A stretch of DNA of 60,733 nucleotides, filler included. It is 5 parts of 5 records of this genome, joined end to end, with 100 filler letters (N's around TTAATTAATTAA, not from the genome) between each part and the next. Parts side by side here need not be neighbours in the genome. Positions count along the whole stretch, not along the records: positions 14,818 to 28,414 come from SRR2962707_2089; positions 28,515 to 53,302 come from SRR2962707_2092; 3 more parts are not named here. One strand, given 5' to 3'. The position numbers were made by a program, and so were the translations under genes. The notes beneath the pieces are model-generated. The model did not search any database, was not told where the DNA came from, and saw only the letters and a program-made list of their open reading frames with translations. Below are positions 19,288 through 29,988 of the stretch, one piece after another; the stretch's first letter is position 1, and each line of letters begins with the position of its first letter.

Positions 19288-19794
19288 ATGACACGGATTT
19301 CGAAACTTACCCTAAGCACTGCAATGTTGGTTGGCACGATGTTTGGCGGCGCGGCCCTAGCAGCCGATAACGAAACAGTGGATCATACAGAGGTCGGATC
19401 GCTTAGCTGTGATGTAGGCGACGGCAGCGGTTTCATCGTTGGCTCGAGCCGCGAACTGACCTGTATCTTTAACCCCGTCGAAGATGGTCAAGCAGACGAA
19501 AAATATGTCGGCGAGATCAACCGCTGGGGTCTGGATATCGGCGAGACGCAAAACGGCCAGATGTCATGGCTTGTTCTGGCACCAACCGAGTCCGAATATA
19601 GCGAAGGCGGGCTGAACGGATCTTACAAGGGTGTATCTGCCGAAGCGACATTTGGTGTTGGCCTTGGCGCGAACGTCATGACCGGCGGTTCTGAAAACAC
19701 GCTGGCGCTGCAACCCGTAAGCGTGAACACCCAAAACGGCATCAACCTTGCTGTAGGTGTGGGCGAGATCAACCTGACCCGCGTCGACGGCTAA
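19288..19794 (+). CDS. DUF992 domain exported protein
   Basis: Signal peptide, GSLSCDV..G.GFIVGSSRELTC and GLGANVMTGG..ALQPVSV. Confidence 0.85.
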   Translation: MTRISKLTLSTAMLVGTMFGGAALAADNETVDHTEVGSLSCDVGDGSGFIVGSSRELTCIFNPVEDGQADEKYVGEINRWGLDIGETQNGQMSWLVLAPTESEYSEGGLNGSYKGVSAEATFGVGLGANVMTGGSENTLALQPVSVNTQNGINLAVGVGEINLTRVDG

Positions 19795-19818
19795 ACCCAG
19801 CGAACATTTTACGAACAG

Positions 19819-19843
19819 AGGGCGGCGATGTGCCGCCCTTTTT
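19819..19843 (+). terminator. Rho-independent terminator
   Basis: AGGGCGGC-GATGT-GCCGCCCT followed by a T-run. Confidence 0.7.
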
Positions 19844-19856
19844 CGTTCTCGTGCAC

Positions 19857-20321
19857 CTACCCCAGACGCTTTTCATACCGCCACGCATTGATGGTATGTG
19901 GCCCGTCTTCGGTTTCCACCTCGTAGGGAACCGTCGCAGCCAGAACCCAGCCGGATTTTTCATAGAAACGGGCCGCGCGGTCATTGCCAACCAAACAGGC
20001 CAGCCATTTCAACCCGTCACCCAATGCGGCCTCCGCATTGGCCATCAGGTCACGCGCGGTGCCTGATCCTTGGAAATCCGGCGCGACGTAGAACTGATAA
20101 AGCTCGTCACCCTCAAGCATAAAGAACCCGGCCATCTGCCCATCAATCCAAGCGACCTGCGTCTGCTTCAAATGCGCCGTGGTTCGGGTCAGAAACTCGT
20201 CCGCTGTGCGCTGCTTGGTCAGTGATTGCGGTGCGGCCGCACCATGCCCCTGCATCCACCCGTGACGCCACAACGCCGCAATCGCGGGGATATCGTCAGA
20301 TACTGCGGGTTTTACATCCAT
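19857..20321 (-). CDS. GNAT N-acetyltransferase
   Basis: QFYVAPDFQGSG and GNDRAARFYEKSGW. Confidence 0.88.
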   Translation of the reverse strand: MDVKPAVSDDIPAIAALWRHGWMQGHGAAAPQSLTKQRTADEFLTRTTAHLKQTQVAWIDGQMAGFFMLEGDELYQFYVAPDFQGSGTARDLMANAEAALGDGLKWLACLVGNDRAARFYEKSGWVLAATVPYEVETEDGPHTINAWRYEKRLG

Positions 20322-20430
20322 TAATCTGTTCTCCTGCACGTTTGGACCACGCTGGCTGGTGCTGGCCCATTGATCAAGTCTTATCAGGTGCTAAAGTACG
20401 GCAAAATAACTAGGCAGTATATTACAGCTC

Positions 20431-21444
20431 ATGACGGCCCTCACGAAATACGCGCGCATCGAAGCGACGGGCCTTTGGCGTGCCGACCCCAAAGATCAAC
20501 GTCGCGAGGTCATCGTGTCAATCGGGGACGCGACGCTGGTGATTTCGGATATGAAGGACCAAGCGATCGCGCATTGGTCGCTTGCCGCGGTGGCGCGCGC
20601 AAACCCCGGCATACGTCCTGCGATATTTCACCCCGACGGCGACCCCGCCGAAACGCTCGAGATCGCAGACACCCACAGCGAGATGATCGATGCCATCGAA
20701 ACCCTGCGCCGCGCAGTCGAACGCAACCGCCCGCATCCGGGGCGTTTGCGCCTGATCGGTGTGCTGGGGTCCATCTTTACGGTGGTCGCCTTGGCGCTGT
20801 TCTGGCTGCCCGGTGCCATGCAAGATCACACGCTAAAAGTCGTGCCAAAGGTGAAACGCGCCTCGATCGGGATCGCATTGCTGCGCCAGATCGAACGGGT
20901 GTCCGGCGTGGCCTGCACCAACCCGCGCGGCCGCGCCGCCCTGGTCAAGCTTGGCACGCGCCTATCAGCGGGGCCGTTGACGGTGTTGCCCGCCATGACC
21001 CGTGACAGCATCCACCTGCCCGGCGGGTTGATCGTGCTGAACAAAACCATCTTTGAAGACTATGAATCCCCCGACGTTGCCGCCGGTTTCATCCTGTCCG
21101 AAGTCGTCAAACGCGCGCAAAGCGACCCGCTGCGCGACATGTTGGCCGACCTCAGCCTGCGCGAAAACTTCCGCCTGCTCACCACAGGCGAGATTTCCGA
21201 ACCCGCTCTCAAAGACTATGCCGAGACGCTGATGGCGGCGCAGGACACGCCAGCGCCGGTGGGCCAACTCTTGGCACGGTTCAATGACGAACGGCTGCAC
21301 AGTACCCCCTATGCAGAAGCGCTTGATATCACTGGCGAAACGACACTGGCCCTGATTGAAGGCGATCCCATGGCGGGTCAGGATACCGATCCACTGATCA
21401 ACGATTCCGATTGGCTGCGCCTGCAAAACATCTGCGGCGGCTAA
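20431..21444 (+). CDS. Conserved membrane protein with a degenerate peptidase M48-like C-terminal region
   Basis: N-terminal soluble domain, one TM, then LPGGLIVL..PDVAAGFILSE, aligning with the M48 LPGG/AGVLAHE region but with no HExxH. Confidence 0.55.
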   Translation: MTALTKYARIEATGLWRADPKDQRREVIVSIGDATLVISDMKDQAIAHWSLAAVARANPGIRPAIFHPDGDPAETLEIADTHSEMIDAIETLRRAVERNRPHPGRLRLIGVLGSIFTVVALALFWLPGAMQDHTLKVVPKVKRASIGIALLRQIERVSGVACTNPRGRAALVKLGTRLSAGPLTVLPAMTRDSIHLPGGLIVLNKTIFEDYESPDVAAGFILSEVVKRAQSDPLRDMLADLSLRENFRLLTTGEISEPALKDYAETLMAAQDTPAPVGQLLARFNDERLHSTPYAEALDITGETTLALIEGDPMAGQDTDPLINDSDWLRLQNICGG

Positions 21445-21453
21445 GGAAAGCAT

Positions 21454-22176
21454 ATGCTGGATATCGGCCTACGCCTCGCCCTGTCACCTGTGTTGCTGTT
21501 ACAAGGTGCCACCGTGCGCGCACGCGCTCTAAAACTGCCCGAGGCTAGCGGACCCCGAGAAGGCACCATCGGCACCGGCCCCGCGTTGTCGGTGTTAATA
21601 CTTGGCGATTCATCAGCGGCTGGCGTCGGCGTCTCGCATCAAGATCAAGCGCTTGCAGGTCAACTGTCCCAACAGCTGTCGCAGGGTTTCAGCCTCAACT
21701 GGCGTTTGATCGCAAAGACCGGCGCAACGACTGCCAGTACGCTTAAGCACCTTGAAGGGCTTGCCCCATCGCCCGTCGATATTGTTGTGACGGCTCTGGG
21801 TGTGAATGACGTCACCCATGCTGTTCCCTTTGGGGTTTGGCAACGACGGCAACACGCATTGCACGCGCGCATTGAACAGCTTTTTGCGCCACGACTGGTC
21901 TATATGTCGGGCGTGCCGCCGCTGGGTCTTTTCCCGATCCTGCCACACCCGCTGCGCTGGACATTGGGCAGGCAAGCCGCGCGGTTTGATCAGGCATTGG
22001 CCACATCGCTGGGCGCTAGAAAACGTTGGCACCACATGCCATTTGACGTGCCGTTGGACCCCGCGCAAATGGCGGCCGACGGCTTTCATCCCGGTCCCGA
22101 AATCTATGCGCTTTGGGGAAAAGAAATAGCCAGCCGGATCAACGCCGACTGGCCACCTGTTTCAAACCGGCACTAA
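21454..22176 (+). CDS. SGNH/GDSL hydrolase
   Basis: GDSSAAG, GVND and DGFHP: catalytic blocks intact. Confidence 0.9.
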   Translation: MLDIGLRLALSPVLLLQGATVRARALKLPEASGPREGTIGTGPALSVLILGDSSAAGVGVSHQDQALAGQLSQQLSQGFSLNWRLIAKTGATTASTLKHLEGLAPSPVDIVVTALGVNDVTHAVPFGVWQRRQHALHARIEQLFAPRLVYMSGVPPLGLFPILPHPLRWTLGRQAARFDQALATSLGARKRWHHMPFDVPLDPAQMAADGFHPGPEIYALWGKEIASRINADWPPVSNRH

Positions 22177-22179
22177 GCC

Positions 22180-23439
22180 CTAGCGAATATAGGCGTCCTG
22201 ATATCCACCGCCGCGCAACTTGCCCAATGCATGTGGTGCTGACGCCTTGGCAAACGGACCCGCCTGAACAGATAGATAGATCTTGCCACCGCGTGTCGAT
22301 TTGCCGATCCGCGCGCCCATGCCCATGCCCGCAATACGCTTGGCCGCCCGCTGTGCATTGGCTGCGTTTTGAAAGACCCCCACCTGCACATAGGTGCTGC
22401 CACCATTACGGATTTGCGCAGATGCGGTATCAGGCGTGGCCGCGGAACGGCTGGAATAGGTTGGCGTGCGCACGGCAGGTGCCGCACCACGGTTTCGCAC
22501 GATCCGCTTGACCACCTGCCCGCCCCGCGTGGACAGTGTTACCTGACCGATTTCGCGGCTCTGCTGATCAATCGATGTATACGGGTAAATCAACGGCATG
22601 CGCGCCGTCACGTCCTGCCCTGTCGTTTGGTTGATCAAACGACGCGGGACAGTATTGGTCCACATCAAAAGCATCTGCGCCCGACCAGTCAGGTTTTGCT
22701 CGGCCCGTTTCGGGTTCAAGCGATCATCTTCCCAAACCGGCTTGTAGCCTTTCGGGACCTGCACGGTATTGTAGGTGTTGATGCGGTTGACCGCGACATG
22801 CTTGGGAACAATGCGGGTGGTTGGGGTAACGGCGACAGTACCTGCCGGGATTTTGCGGTGCGATGTCGCGCGGCGCGCGACTTGTGCAATCGGCTCGGTC
22901 TGCGGGCCACACCGTTCCGCCAGCCCCGACCGCCCCATATAGCGCTGCGCAAGAGCGGACCGTTCCGGACAGACACTAAGACGCCCTTGCGGGGCAACGG
23001 ACGCGGCTACAACCGGACGTGGGGCTGTTTGGCGCACCACCGCTGGTGCCGTCTGGCGAACAACAGGCGGCGTACGGCGGATTTGGGGAACAGGGCGCGG
23101 TTTCACAGCCGCGGGTGCGGTCTGCGCTGGTGCATCATTTAGCGTAATCTGCACCGGCGCATTCGCTTGCGGTGCGGGGGATGCCAGCGCAGTGCCGACA
23201 TTCGTCGGTTTAAAGCCACAGACGCCAGCACGCTTGCGCGTCACACGCGGCACCCAAGTCACATTTCCATCAATGCCTGCCCGAATGAAAACACAGCCGG
23301 CGCTGTCGACATATTGCTTACCCTTATAGGACGCGGGCGGGAACTCTTTCGGTTGTTCCTCAAACGATTGGGCCTGCACCGCTCCGATGCTGGCAGCCCC
23401 AAAAACGACAGCGATTGCGACAATATTCAAAAACTTCAT
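22180..23439 (-). CDS. SPOR domain-containing exported protein
   Basis: Signal peptide, PPASYKGKQYVDSAGCVFIRAG and C-terminal YVQVGVF..ANA...AGPF SPOR motif. Confidence 0.8.
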   Translation of the reverse strand: MKFLNIVAIAVVFGAASIGAVQAQSFEEQPKEFPPASYKGKQYVDSAGCVFIRAGIDGNVTWVPRVTRKRAGVCGFKPTNVGTALASPAPQANAPVQITLNDAPAQTAPAAVKPRPVPQIRRTPPVVRQTAPAVVRQTAPRPVVAASVAPQGRLSVCPERSALAQRYMGRSGLAERCGPQTEPIAQVARRATSHRKIPAGTVAVTPTTRIVPKHVAVNRINTYNTVQVPKGYKPVWEDDRLNPKRAEQNLTGRAQMLLMWTNTVPRRLINQTTGQDVTARMPLIYPYTSIDQQSREIGQVTLSTRGGQVVKRIVRNRGAAPAVRTPTYSSRSAATPDTASAQIRNGGSTYVQVGVFQNAANAQRAAKRIAGMGMGARIGKSTRGGKIYLSVQAGPFAKASAPHALGKLRGGGYQDAYIR

Positions 23440-23530
23440 CTGCGCCCCCAACACAACATATAGTCCAAATAATGCGTCATCCCCTAGTCAGAGTAAAGCT
23501 TCCTATAACAGGCTCAGCACATTTGCGTCA

Positions 23531-24172
23531 TTATTTCGTGCCGAACATCCGGTCTCCCGCGTCACCCAAACCAGGGACGATATAGCCCAACTCGTTCAGC
23601 TTTTCATCCACCGCAGCCGTCACGATAGGCACATCGGGATGTGCTTCTTGCATGCGCTTGATGCCTTCGGGTGCTGCCAACAAACACAAGAACCGGATAT
23701 TGGTGGCACCAGCCTCTTTCAACATATCGATTGCCGCGACAGATGAATTGCCCGTGGCCAACATCGGGTCCACTGCAATTACCAAACGATCGTCCATGCC
23801 TTCAGGCACCTTGAAATAGTACTTGACCGGCTTCAGCGTCTCTTCATCGCGGTACAGGCCTACAAACCCGACGCGCGCGGACGGGATCAGCTCAAGAACG
23901 CCATCCAACAAACCATTGCCCGCCCGCAGGATCGATATCAACGCCAGCTTCTTGCCATCCAGCGTAGGTGCATCCATCGGCTGCATCGGTGTATCGATCC
24001 GCTTTGTGGTCATCGGCAACCCGCGCGTCACCTCATAAGCCAAAAGCTGACTGATTTCGCGCAGCAATTGCCGAAAAACGGCCGTCGGCGTTTCCTTGTC
24101 ACGCATGATGGTCAGCTTGTGCTGCACCAGCGGATGGTTCACCACGGTGAGATGTTCAGATGTATCGGGCAT
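23531..24172 (-). CDS. upp: Uracil phosphoribosyltransferase
   Basis: [24 protein letters not shown] and [12 protein letters not shown]. Start at MPDTSEH (GGAG RBS). Confidence 0.96.
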   Translation of the reverse strand: MPDTSEHLTVVNHPLVQHKLTIMRDKETPTAVFRQLLREISQLLAYEVTRGLPMTTKRIDTPMQPMDAPTLDGKKLALISILRAGNGLLDGVLELIPSARVGFVGLYRDEETLKPVKYYFKVPEGMDDRLVIAVDPMLATGNSSVAAIDMLKEAGATNIRFLCLLAAPEGIKRMQEAHPDVPIVTAAVDEKLNELGYIVPGLGDAGDRMFGTK

Positions 24173-24250
24173 AGCTGCGCTCTCCATTTTGCTTGGCTCG
24201 ACTCTTGCCTTGAAATGCCATGGCCCGCAACCATAGCGCGCCCCGTCTGG

Positions 24251-24311
24251 GTTCATTTTGCCAAATAAACTCCGGGGGAATCGTGGCTTGCCACGATGGG
24301 GGCCGGCCCCC
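24251..24311. repeat. Intergenic palindromic repeat, copy 1 (REP/MITE-like)
   Basis: GTTCATTTTGCCAAATAAACTCCGGGGGAATCGTGGCTTGCCACGATGGGGGCCGGCCCCC, near-identical to 27288-27347. Confidence 0.8.
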
Positions 24312-24318
24312 GTCACCG

Positions 24319-25512
24319 CTATTTTGGAACAACCACGCCCAAATGCTCAGCGATCAACGTCGCCACATCTTTGAACCCGATCAACCCCAAACTTCCCTGA
24401 CCAAGCCCCTGCACCAAAACCGGCGCGCGCTCTCTGGTGTGATCGGTTCCCACCCAGGTCGGATCATTTCCATGATCTGCCGTCAGCACCAGAATGTCCC
24501 CATCGCGTAGCTTCGAAGTGATTTTTCCGATCTCGGCGTCAAACCATTCCAGCGCGCGTGCATATCCAGACACATCGCGCCGGTGCCCATAAATGCTGTC
24601 AAACTCGACAAAATTGGCAAATGTCAGACTGCCATCCTCAGCGCTCTCAACCAAATCATCCAGATGTCGCATCAAGGCTTCATCCGGCCCTTTGCGCAAT
24701 TCGTCAAAACCTGACATCGAAAAAATGTCACCGATCTTACCAACCGCATAGACACGCCGCCCGGCATCCTGAACCCAATTGCTCAGCACAGGCGCGGGCA
24801 GTTCGATGGCAAAGTCCCGGCGATTTGCAGTGCGCGTAAATCCGGCCTCGGCGTCCCCGACAAAGGGGCGCGCGATCACACGCCCGACTTTCATCTCATG
24901 CGCAATCGGCGCGATCTTGGCGCATAGCTCGATCAGCCGGTCCAACCCGAAATGCACCTCATGTGCTGCAATCTGCAAAACGCTGTCCGCAGATGTATAG
25001 CAGATCGGATAGCCCGTCGCGATATGCTCGGCACCGAATTCCTCGATGATAGCCGTGCCGGGGGCATGACAATTGCCCAGTATCCCGTCTACGCCGGCCA
25101 GCTCTGCCAATTGCGCCAACAGCTCAGGTGGAAACGAATTTTTGACATCCGCAAAGTAATGCCATTCCCAAGGCACAACCAACCCGGCAAGCTCCCAATG
25201 ACCCGACGGCGTATCCTTGCCACGTGACAGCTCTGTCGCGGCACCCCACGTTCCGGTAACTTCGCCCGCCAAACTCGCCACCTCAAGCCCGCTGGACAGT
25301 TTGGTCGCAGCGCCCAAGCCCATCGACACCAGATTGGGCAGGTTCAACGGACCAGAACGCCCCTCTTCCGCGCGCCCTTCGGCACAGGCCTGTGCGATAT
25401 GTCCGACGGTGTTTGAACCGGTATCCGGCACCGAGCCGTTGAAAAATGCATCAGCATCAGGTGCGCCCCCAATGCCGACCGAATCCATGACCACCAAAAA
25501 TGCACGTGCCAT
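24319..25512 (-). CDS. deoB: Phosphopentomutase
   Basis: [38 protein letters not shown] and DHTRE. Confidence 0.96.
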   Translation of the reverse strand: MARAFLVVMDSVGIGGAPDADAFFNGSVPDTGSNTVGHIAQACAEGRAEEGRSGPLNLPNLVSMGLGAATKLSSGLEVASLAGEVTGTWGAATELSRGKDTPSGHWELAGLVVPWEWHYFADVKNSFPPELLAQLAELAGVDGILGNCHAPGTAIIEEFGAEHIATGYPICYTSADSVLQIAAHEVHFGLDRLIELCAKIAPIAHEMKVGRVIARPFVGDAEAGFTRTANRRDFAIELPAPVLSNWVQDAGRRVYAVGKIGDIFSMSGFDELRKGPDEALMRHLDDLVESAEDGSLTFANFVEFDSIYGHRRDVSGYARALEWFDAEIGKITSKLRDGDILVLTADHGNDPTWVGTDHTRERAPVLVQGLGQGSLGLIGFKDVATLIAEHLGVVVPK

Positions 25513-26816
25513 CAGCCCACCCGCTCAAGAATAAGATCCGGTGATTTAACAGGTTTCGCCGTCAGTGTAATCGCACTGCGCACGGCTCTTGCGGCTTTTT
25601 CGGCATCCTCTGACCGGACCGCGTGAATGACGGCCAAGGGATCGCCCTTGGCGACCTTTACGCCCAACCGCACGACTTCCGACAACCCTACGGCTGTGTT
25701 TATCTGGTCGGTTTCCAACATGCGCCCACCGCCAAGCGCCACCACAGCCATGCCCAACGCCTCGCCATCAATAGCCGAGACATAACCAGCCTCGGGCGCA
25801 GGGATTTCGCCTATGATTGTGGCCTCAGGCAAAAAGCGGTTCCAATTCTCCACAAATTGCAAAGGCCCGCCCATTTCCGCGATCATCATGCCAAACCGCT
25901 CCGCCGCACGTCCGTCGCGGATGGCGCTGCAAATCGCATCCGCCCCCTGCTGCACATCTGCGGCAAGGCCCGCATTGGCCAACAAAACCCCACCCAGAGC
26001 AGCACAAACCGATACAATCGGACCTTCGGTTTGCCCCGTCAGCACCCGCATCACCTCAGCCACCTCAAGCGCATTGCCAAGGCTGGGTACCAAGGGCTGG
26101 CTCATGTCACTGATGATGGCTGTAGTCTTGCAACCGCTGGCATTGGCGGTTTTGGCCAAGGCACCGGCCAACATCTGCGCCTGCTCAAGATCTTTCATGA
26201 ACGCGCCGCTGCCAACTTTGACATCCAGCACCAGCCCTTGCAAACCTGCGGCCAGCTTTTTCGATAGGATCGATGCCGTGATCAGATCCATGCTATCAAC
26301 AGTCGATGTCACATCGCGCACCGCGTATAGCCGTTTGTCAGCGGGCGCGATATCGCCCGTGGCTCCCACAATCGCACAGCCGATCTTGCCAACGACCCGT
26401 CGCAACTGCCCCTCGTCCATTTGCGTCGATACGCCCGGAATGGCCTCCATCTTGTCCAGCGTGCCGCCCGTATGGCCCAGACCGCGCCCGGAAATCATCG
26501 GAACATAGGCACCACAGGCTGCCAAAGCAGGCGCAAGAATAAGGCTGACGCAATCGCCCACACCGCCGGTCGAATGTTTATCCAGAACCGGCCCGTTCAA
26601 ATTCCATGTCAGAACCTGCCCACTGTCGCGCATCGCAAGGGTTAGCGCCACGCGGCCCGCGTCGCTTAGGCCGACCTGACAGACCCCCATCGCAAAGGCC
26701 CCGGCCTGCGCATCGCTGACGCGCCCATCGGCCAAGGCTTTGGCAAACCAAACCAGCTCGTCACGGTTGGGTGACTGCCGATGCCGCAGCTTGCCTAAAA
26801 TAACACGCGCATCCAT
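25512..26816 (-). CDS. deoA: Thymidine phosphorylase
   Basis: DKHSTGGVGD, SGRGLGHTGGTLDK and ASILSKK. Confidence 0.95.
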   Translation of the reverse strand: MDARVILGKLRHRQSPNRDELVWFAKALADGRVSDAQAGAFAMGVCQVGLSDAGRVALTLAMRDSGQVLTWNLNGPVLDKHSTGGVGDCVSLILAPALAACGAYVPMISGRGLGHTGGTLDKMEAIPGVSTQMDEGQLRRVVGKIGCAIVGATGDIAPADKRLYAVRDVTSTVDSMDLITASILSKKLAAGLQGLVLDVKVGSGAFMKDLEQAQMLAGALAKTANASGCKTTAIISDMSQPLVPSLGNALEVAEVMRVLTGQTEGPIVSVCAALGGVLLANAGLAADVQQGADAICSAIRDGRAAERFGMMIAEMGGPLQFVENWNRFLPEATIIGEIPAPEAGYVSAIDGEALGMAVVALGGGRMLETDQINTAVGLSEVVRLGVKVAKGDPLAVIHAVRSEDAEKAARAVRSAITLTAKPVKSPDLILERVG

Positions 26817-26819
26817 GTG

Positions 26820-27215
26820 CTAAGTTTCCATATGGGCGCGACCAAACGCCCCCGGCAACAACTCGGCCAGTTGCATGACTTCTTCAACACCCGAAAGCGT
26901 GGCCATAGTGACCCGCGCATCGCCTTTGCCAAATTCAGCCAGCTTCTGCCGACAGCCCCCGCAAGGGGTGATTGGCATCGGGCTACCCGCAATAACATAG
27001 GCTTCGGTAAACTCCGTTTCGCCGGCAGCCACCATCGCCGCGATAGCACCAGCCTCGGCACATGTACCCTCGGGATAGGCCACATTCTCAACGTTGCAGC
27101 CCACATAAAGCGCACCAGAAAGCCCCCGCAGCGCCGCCCCCACTTTGAAATTTGAATAGGGCGCATAGGCATTGGCCTGAACCGCGCTGGCTTTGTCTCT
27201 TAAATCTTGTGTCAT
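26820..27215 (-). CDS. cdd: Cytidine deaminase
   Basis: [21 protein letters not shown] and PCGGCRQ. Start ATG 27215 with GGAGG RBS. Confidence 0.95.
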   Translation of the reverse strand: MTQDLRDKASAVQANAYAPYSNFKVGAALRGLSGALYVGCNVENVAYPEGTCAEAGAIAAMVAAGETEFTEAYVIAGSPMPITPCGGCRQKLAEFGKGDARVTMATLSGVEEVMQLAELLPGAFGRAHMET

Positions 27216-27287
27216 TGGGCCTCCGTTCACGAAAGTATAAAAAGCTTTGCTCAAAGTTGCGATGGCAAAAGAATAAAAACCTTTACC

Positions 27288-27347
27288 GTTCATTTTGCCG
27301 AAAAACTCCGGGGGACGAGCGGCTTGCCGCGATGGGGGCTGGCCCCC
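27288..27347. repeat. Intergenic palindromic repeat, copy 2
   Basis: GTTCATTTTGCCGAAAAACTCCGGGGGACGAGCGGCTTGCCGCGATGGGGGCTGGCCCCC. Confidence 0.8.
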
Positions 27348-27442
27348 AACACCGTCGCTTTTCGACGCCACGTCAAATGCCATGTTGGCGCGGGCCAAAA
27401 TATAGTTTAACGCTAAACCATTCGCCAAAAGGACCTAAAATT

Positions 27443-28414
27443 ATGACCGATGCGCCCAACCTGCGCCAAGCTGCGCTTGATTATCACGCCTTTCCAAAAC
27501 CCGGAAAGCTGGAAATCCGCGCGACCAAGCCGTTGGCCAATGGTCGTGATCTGGCCCGTGCCTATTCACCCGGCGTCGCCGAGGCCTGCCTCGAGATCAA
27601 ATCAGACCCGTCAACGGCGGCGCTCTATACCACCCGCGCCAATCTGGTCGGCGTGGTCACCAATGGTACGGCCGTGTTAGGCTTGGGCAACATTGGTGCG
27701 CTGGCCTCCAAACCGGTGATGGAGGGCAAAGCCGTCCTGTTCAAGAAATTCGCCAACATCGATTGCTTTGACATCGAGCTGAACGAAAACGATCCTGAAA
27801 AACTGGCTGAACTGGTCTGCGCGCTGGAGCCCACTTTTGGGGCCATTAACCTCGAAGACATCAAAGCCCCTGATTGCTTTACGGTTGAGAAAATCTGCCG
27901 CGAACGGATGAACATTCCTGTCTTTCACGACGATCAGCACGGCACAGCCATCGTCGTGGGTGCCGCCGTCAAGAACGCGCTTTTTGTGGCCAAAAAGAAA
28001 TTCGAAGACATCAAAATCGTTTCAACCGGTGGCGGGGCGGCGGGTATTGCGTGCCTCAACATGTTGCTGAAATTGGGCGTTAAACGTGAAAACGTCTGGC
28101 TTTGCGACATTCACGGTCTGGTCTATGAAGGCCGCGAAATCGACATGAACCCGATCAAAACCGAATATGCGCAAAAATCCGATCTGCGGCATTTGGCCGA
28201 TGTCATTGACGGGGCTGATCTGTTTCTTGGTCTGTCCGGTCCCGGTGTCCTGACCCCTGAACTGGTTCAGAAAATGGCCCCCCGGCCGATTGTCTTTGCC
28301 CTCGCAAACCCGACCCCTGAAATCATGCCCGACCTTGTCCGTGCCGTGGCACCCGATGCGATTATTGCAACAGGCCGGTCGGATTTCCCCAATCAGGTCA
28401 ATAACGTGCTGTGC
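27443..28414 (+). CDS. maeB: NADP-dependent malic enzyme, 3'-truncated
   Basis: [40 protein letters not shown] and [13 protein letters not shown]. Confidence 0.93.
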
Positions 28415-28514
28415 NNNNNNNNNNNNNNNNNNNNNNNNNNNNNNNNNNNNNNNNNNNNTTAATTAATTAANNNNNNNNNNNNNNNNNNNNNNNNNNNNNN
28501 NNNNNNNNNNNNNN
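28415..28514. other. Artificial contig spacer
   Basis: N44-TTAATTAATTAA-N44. Confidence 0.98.
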
Positions 28515-28515
28515 T

Positions 28516-29880
28516 GGAGACGGTAATGGTAGCCCAAGTTATTCTGCTTACGTGGATTACATTAGTTATGACGTAAGCGGTGCCTACTCACCAGATCAGA
28601 CAAGATTGCCTGCTGAGTTTACAGGTGATGATGAAGGAGCTACACCGACTATCAGTAGTCCGGCTGCACTCTCATCTTTCCTACAACATTTAGGTACGCC
28701 TACTGCTGCGAAATCTTTTGACGTATCAGGTGCTGATCTTACAACTGATATTACCATTACACCTCCAACAGGATATGAGATTTCACTTAGTGAGACAATG
28801 GGTTTTGCTACAGACCCAATAGTGTTGCCTCAAGTAGCTGGCGTAGTAGCAACTACAACAGTTTATGCAAGATTAAATGCTGCTGAAGTGGGAGAGTACA
28901 ACGGAAGTATTGTGATGGTCAGTGGCGATGCTGATAGAGAAGTTTCTGTAGAAGGAATTACGATCGTTCCGGAGATTTCAGTAGCGAGTGCTTTTGAAGC
29001 TTTCACAGAGAGTGTAAGTGGTGCTTCACCGGCCCAAACGTATTCTGTTTCTGCAGTTTACCTGGTAGGTGACTTGACCATCACCGCACCAACCAACTAT
29101 GAACTATCACTGGATGGTTCAACTTGGGCATCTTCGGTTATGATTACTCCGGATGGAGAAGGTACAATCGCCTCTACCTCAGTTTCTGTTCGATTAAATA
29201 GTGCAGAGTTAGGTGAATTTTCCGGTGACATTGTCCATTCATCAACCGATGCGGAGAATGTGACGGTAGCAGTGACCGGTGAAACAATTCCCGATCCGGG
29301 AATCAACGTAACTGGGACCTTTACAGGCTTCTCACAAGCGCTAAGCTCTCCTTCAGAGGCACAAACTTATACAGTAAGTGGATCCAACTTGTCGTCAGGA
29401 ATTGCAATCACATTGCCTACTGGCTATGAGATTTCATTCAGTGGCGAAGTATGGTTCAACTCATTGACTCTGAATCCTCAGGCTGGTAATGTGGCTGAAC
29501 TCACGCTCTTCATTCGACTCAATGCTGATGCAGAAGGAGATTTCAGCGGAAATATTACGCATAGTAGTACCGGAGTAAGTGATCAGGTAGTAGCCGTTAC
29601 AGGCACAGTCGAGGCACTAACTCTTGCTGCACCTGATGAAATGAGGTTGAGCATATACCCGAATCCTGCTTCCGAAAGACTTACGTTTGAGCGGGTTGAT
29701 AATTCGGTTGAAGGCACTATTACACTTTACTCATTAGAGGGCTCCCTTATCAACAGCTACACCCTAAAATCAGGAGCTGCTCGAATGAACATTGACATTC
29801 AAACTCTTCAAAATGGAATCTATGTATTAGAATACATAGGAGGAAATGAATTAGTCAAACAGAGATTCATTAAAAATTAA
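28516..29880 (+). CDS. T9SS type A sorting domain protein with three ~103-aa beta-rich repeats, 5'-truncated
   Basis: Frame is open from the contig edge. Repeats share ITITxPTxYEISL...RLNA..G.F.G.I. C-terminal IYPNPASE...NGIYVL...KQRFIKN. Confidence 0.8.
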   Translation, partial: GDGNGSPSYSAYVDYISYDVSGAYSPDQTRLPAEFTGDDEGATPTISSPAALSSFLQHLGTPTAAKSFDVSGADLTTDITITPPTGYEISLSETMGFATDPIVLPQVAGVVATTTVYARLNAAEVGEYNGSIVMVSGDADREVSVEGITIVPEISVASAFEAFTESVSGASPAQTYSVSAVYLVGDLTITAPTNYELSLDGSTWASSVMITPDGEGTIASTSVSVRLNSAELGEFSGDIVHSSTDAENVTVAVTGETIPDPGINVTGTFTGFSQALSSPSEAQTYTVSGSNLSSGIAITLPTGYEISFSGEVWFNSLTLNPQAGNVAELTLFIRLNADAEGDFSGNITHSSTGVSDQVVAVTGTVEALTLAAPDEMRLSIYPNPASERLTFERVDNSVEGTITLYSLEGSLINSYTLKSGAARMNIDIQTLQNGIYVLEYIGGNELVKQRFIKN

Positions 29881-29885
29881 CATAG

Positions 29886-29920
29886 AAATCTGGCGGATGT
29901 TCTCCGCCAGATTTTTCTTT
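29886..29920 (+). terminator. Rho-independent terminator
   Basis: AAATCTGGCGGA-TGTTC-TCCGCCAGATTT followed by a T-rich tail. Confidence 0.8.
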
Positions 29921-29988
29921 AAAGAATTATTATTCATTCAGACCTGAAAGGACTGGGTGAAACCAAACCAGATGAAGTGGGAAAGACT

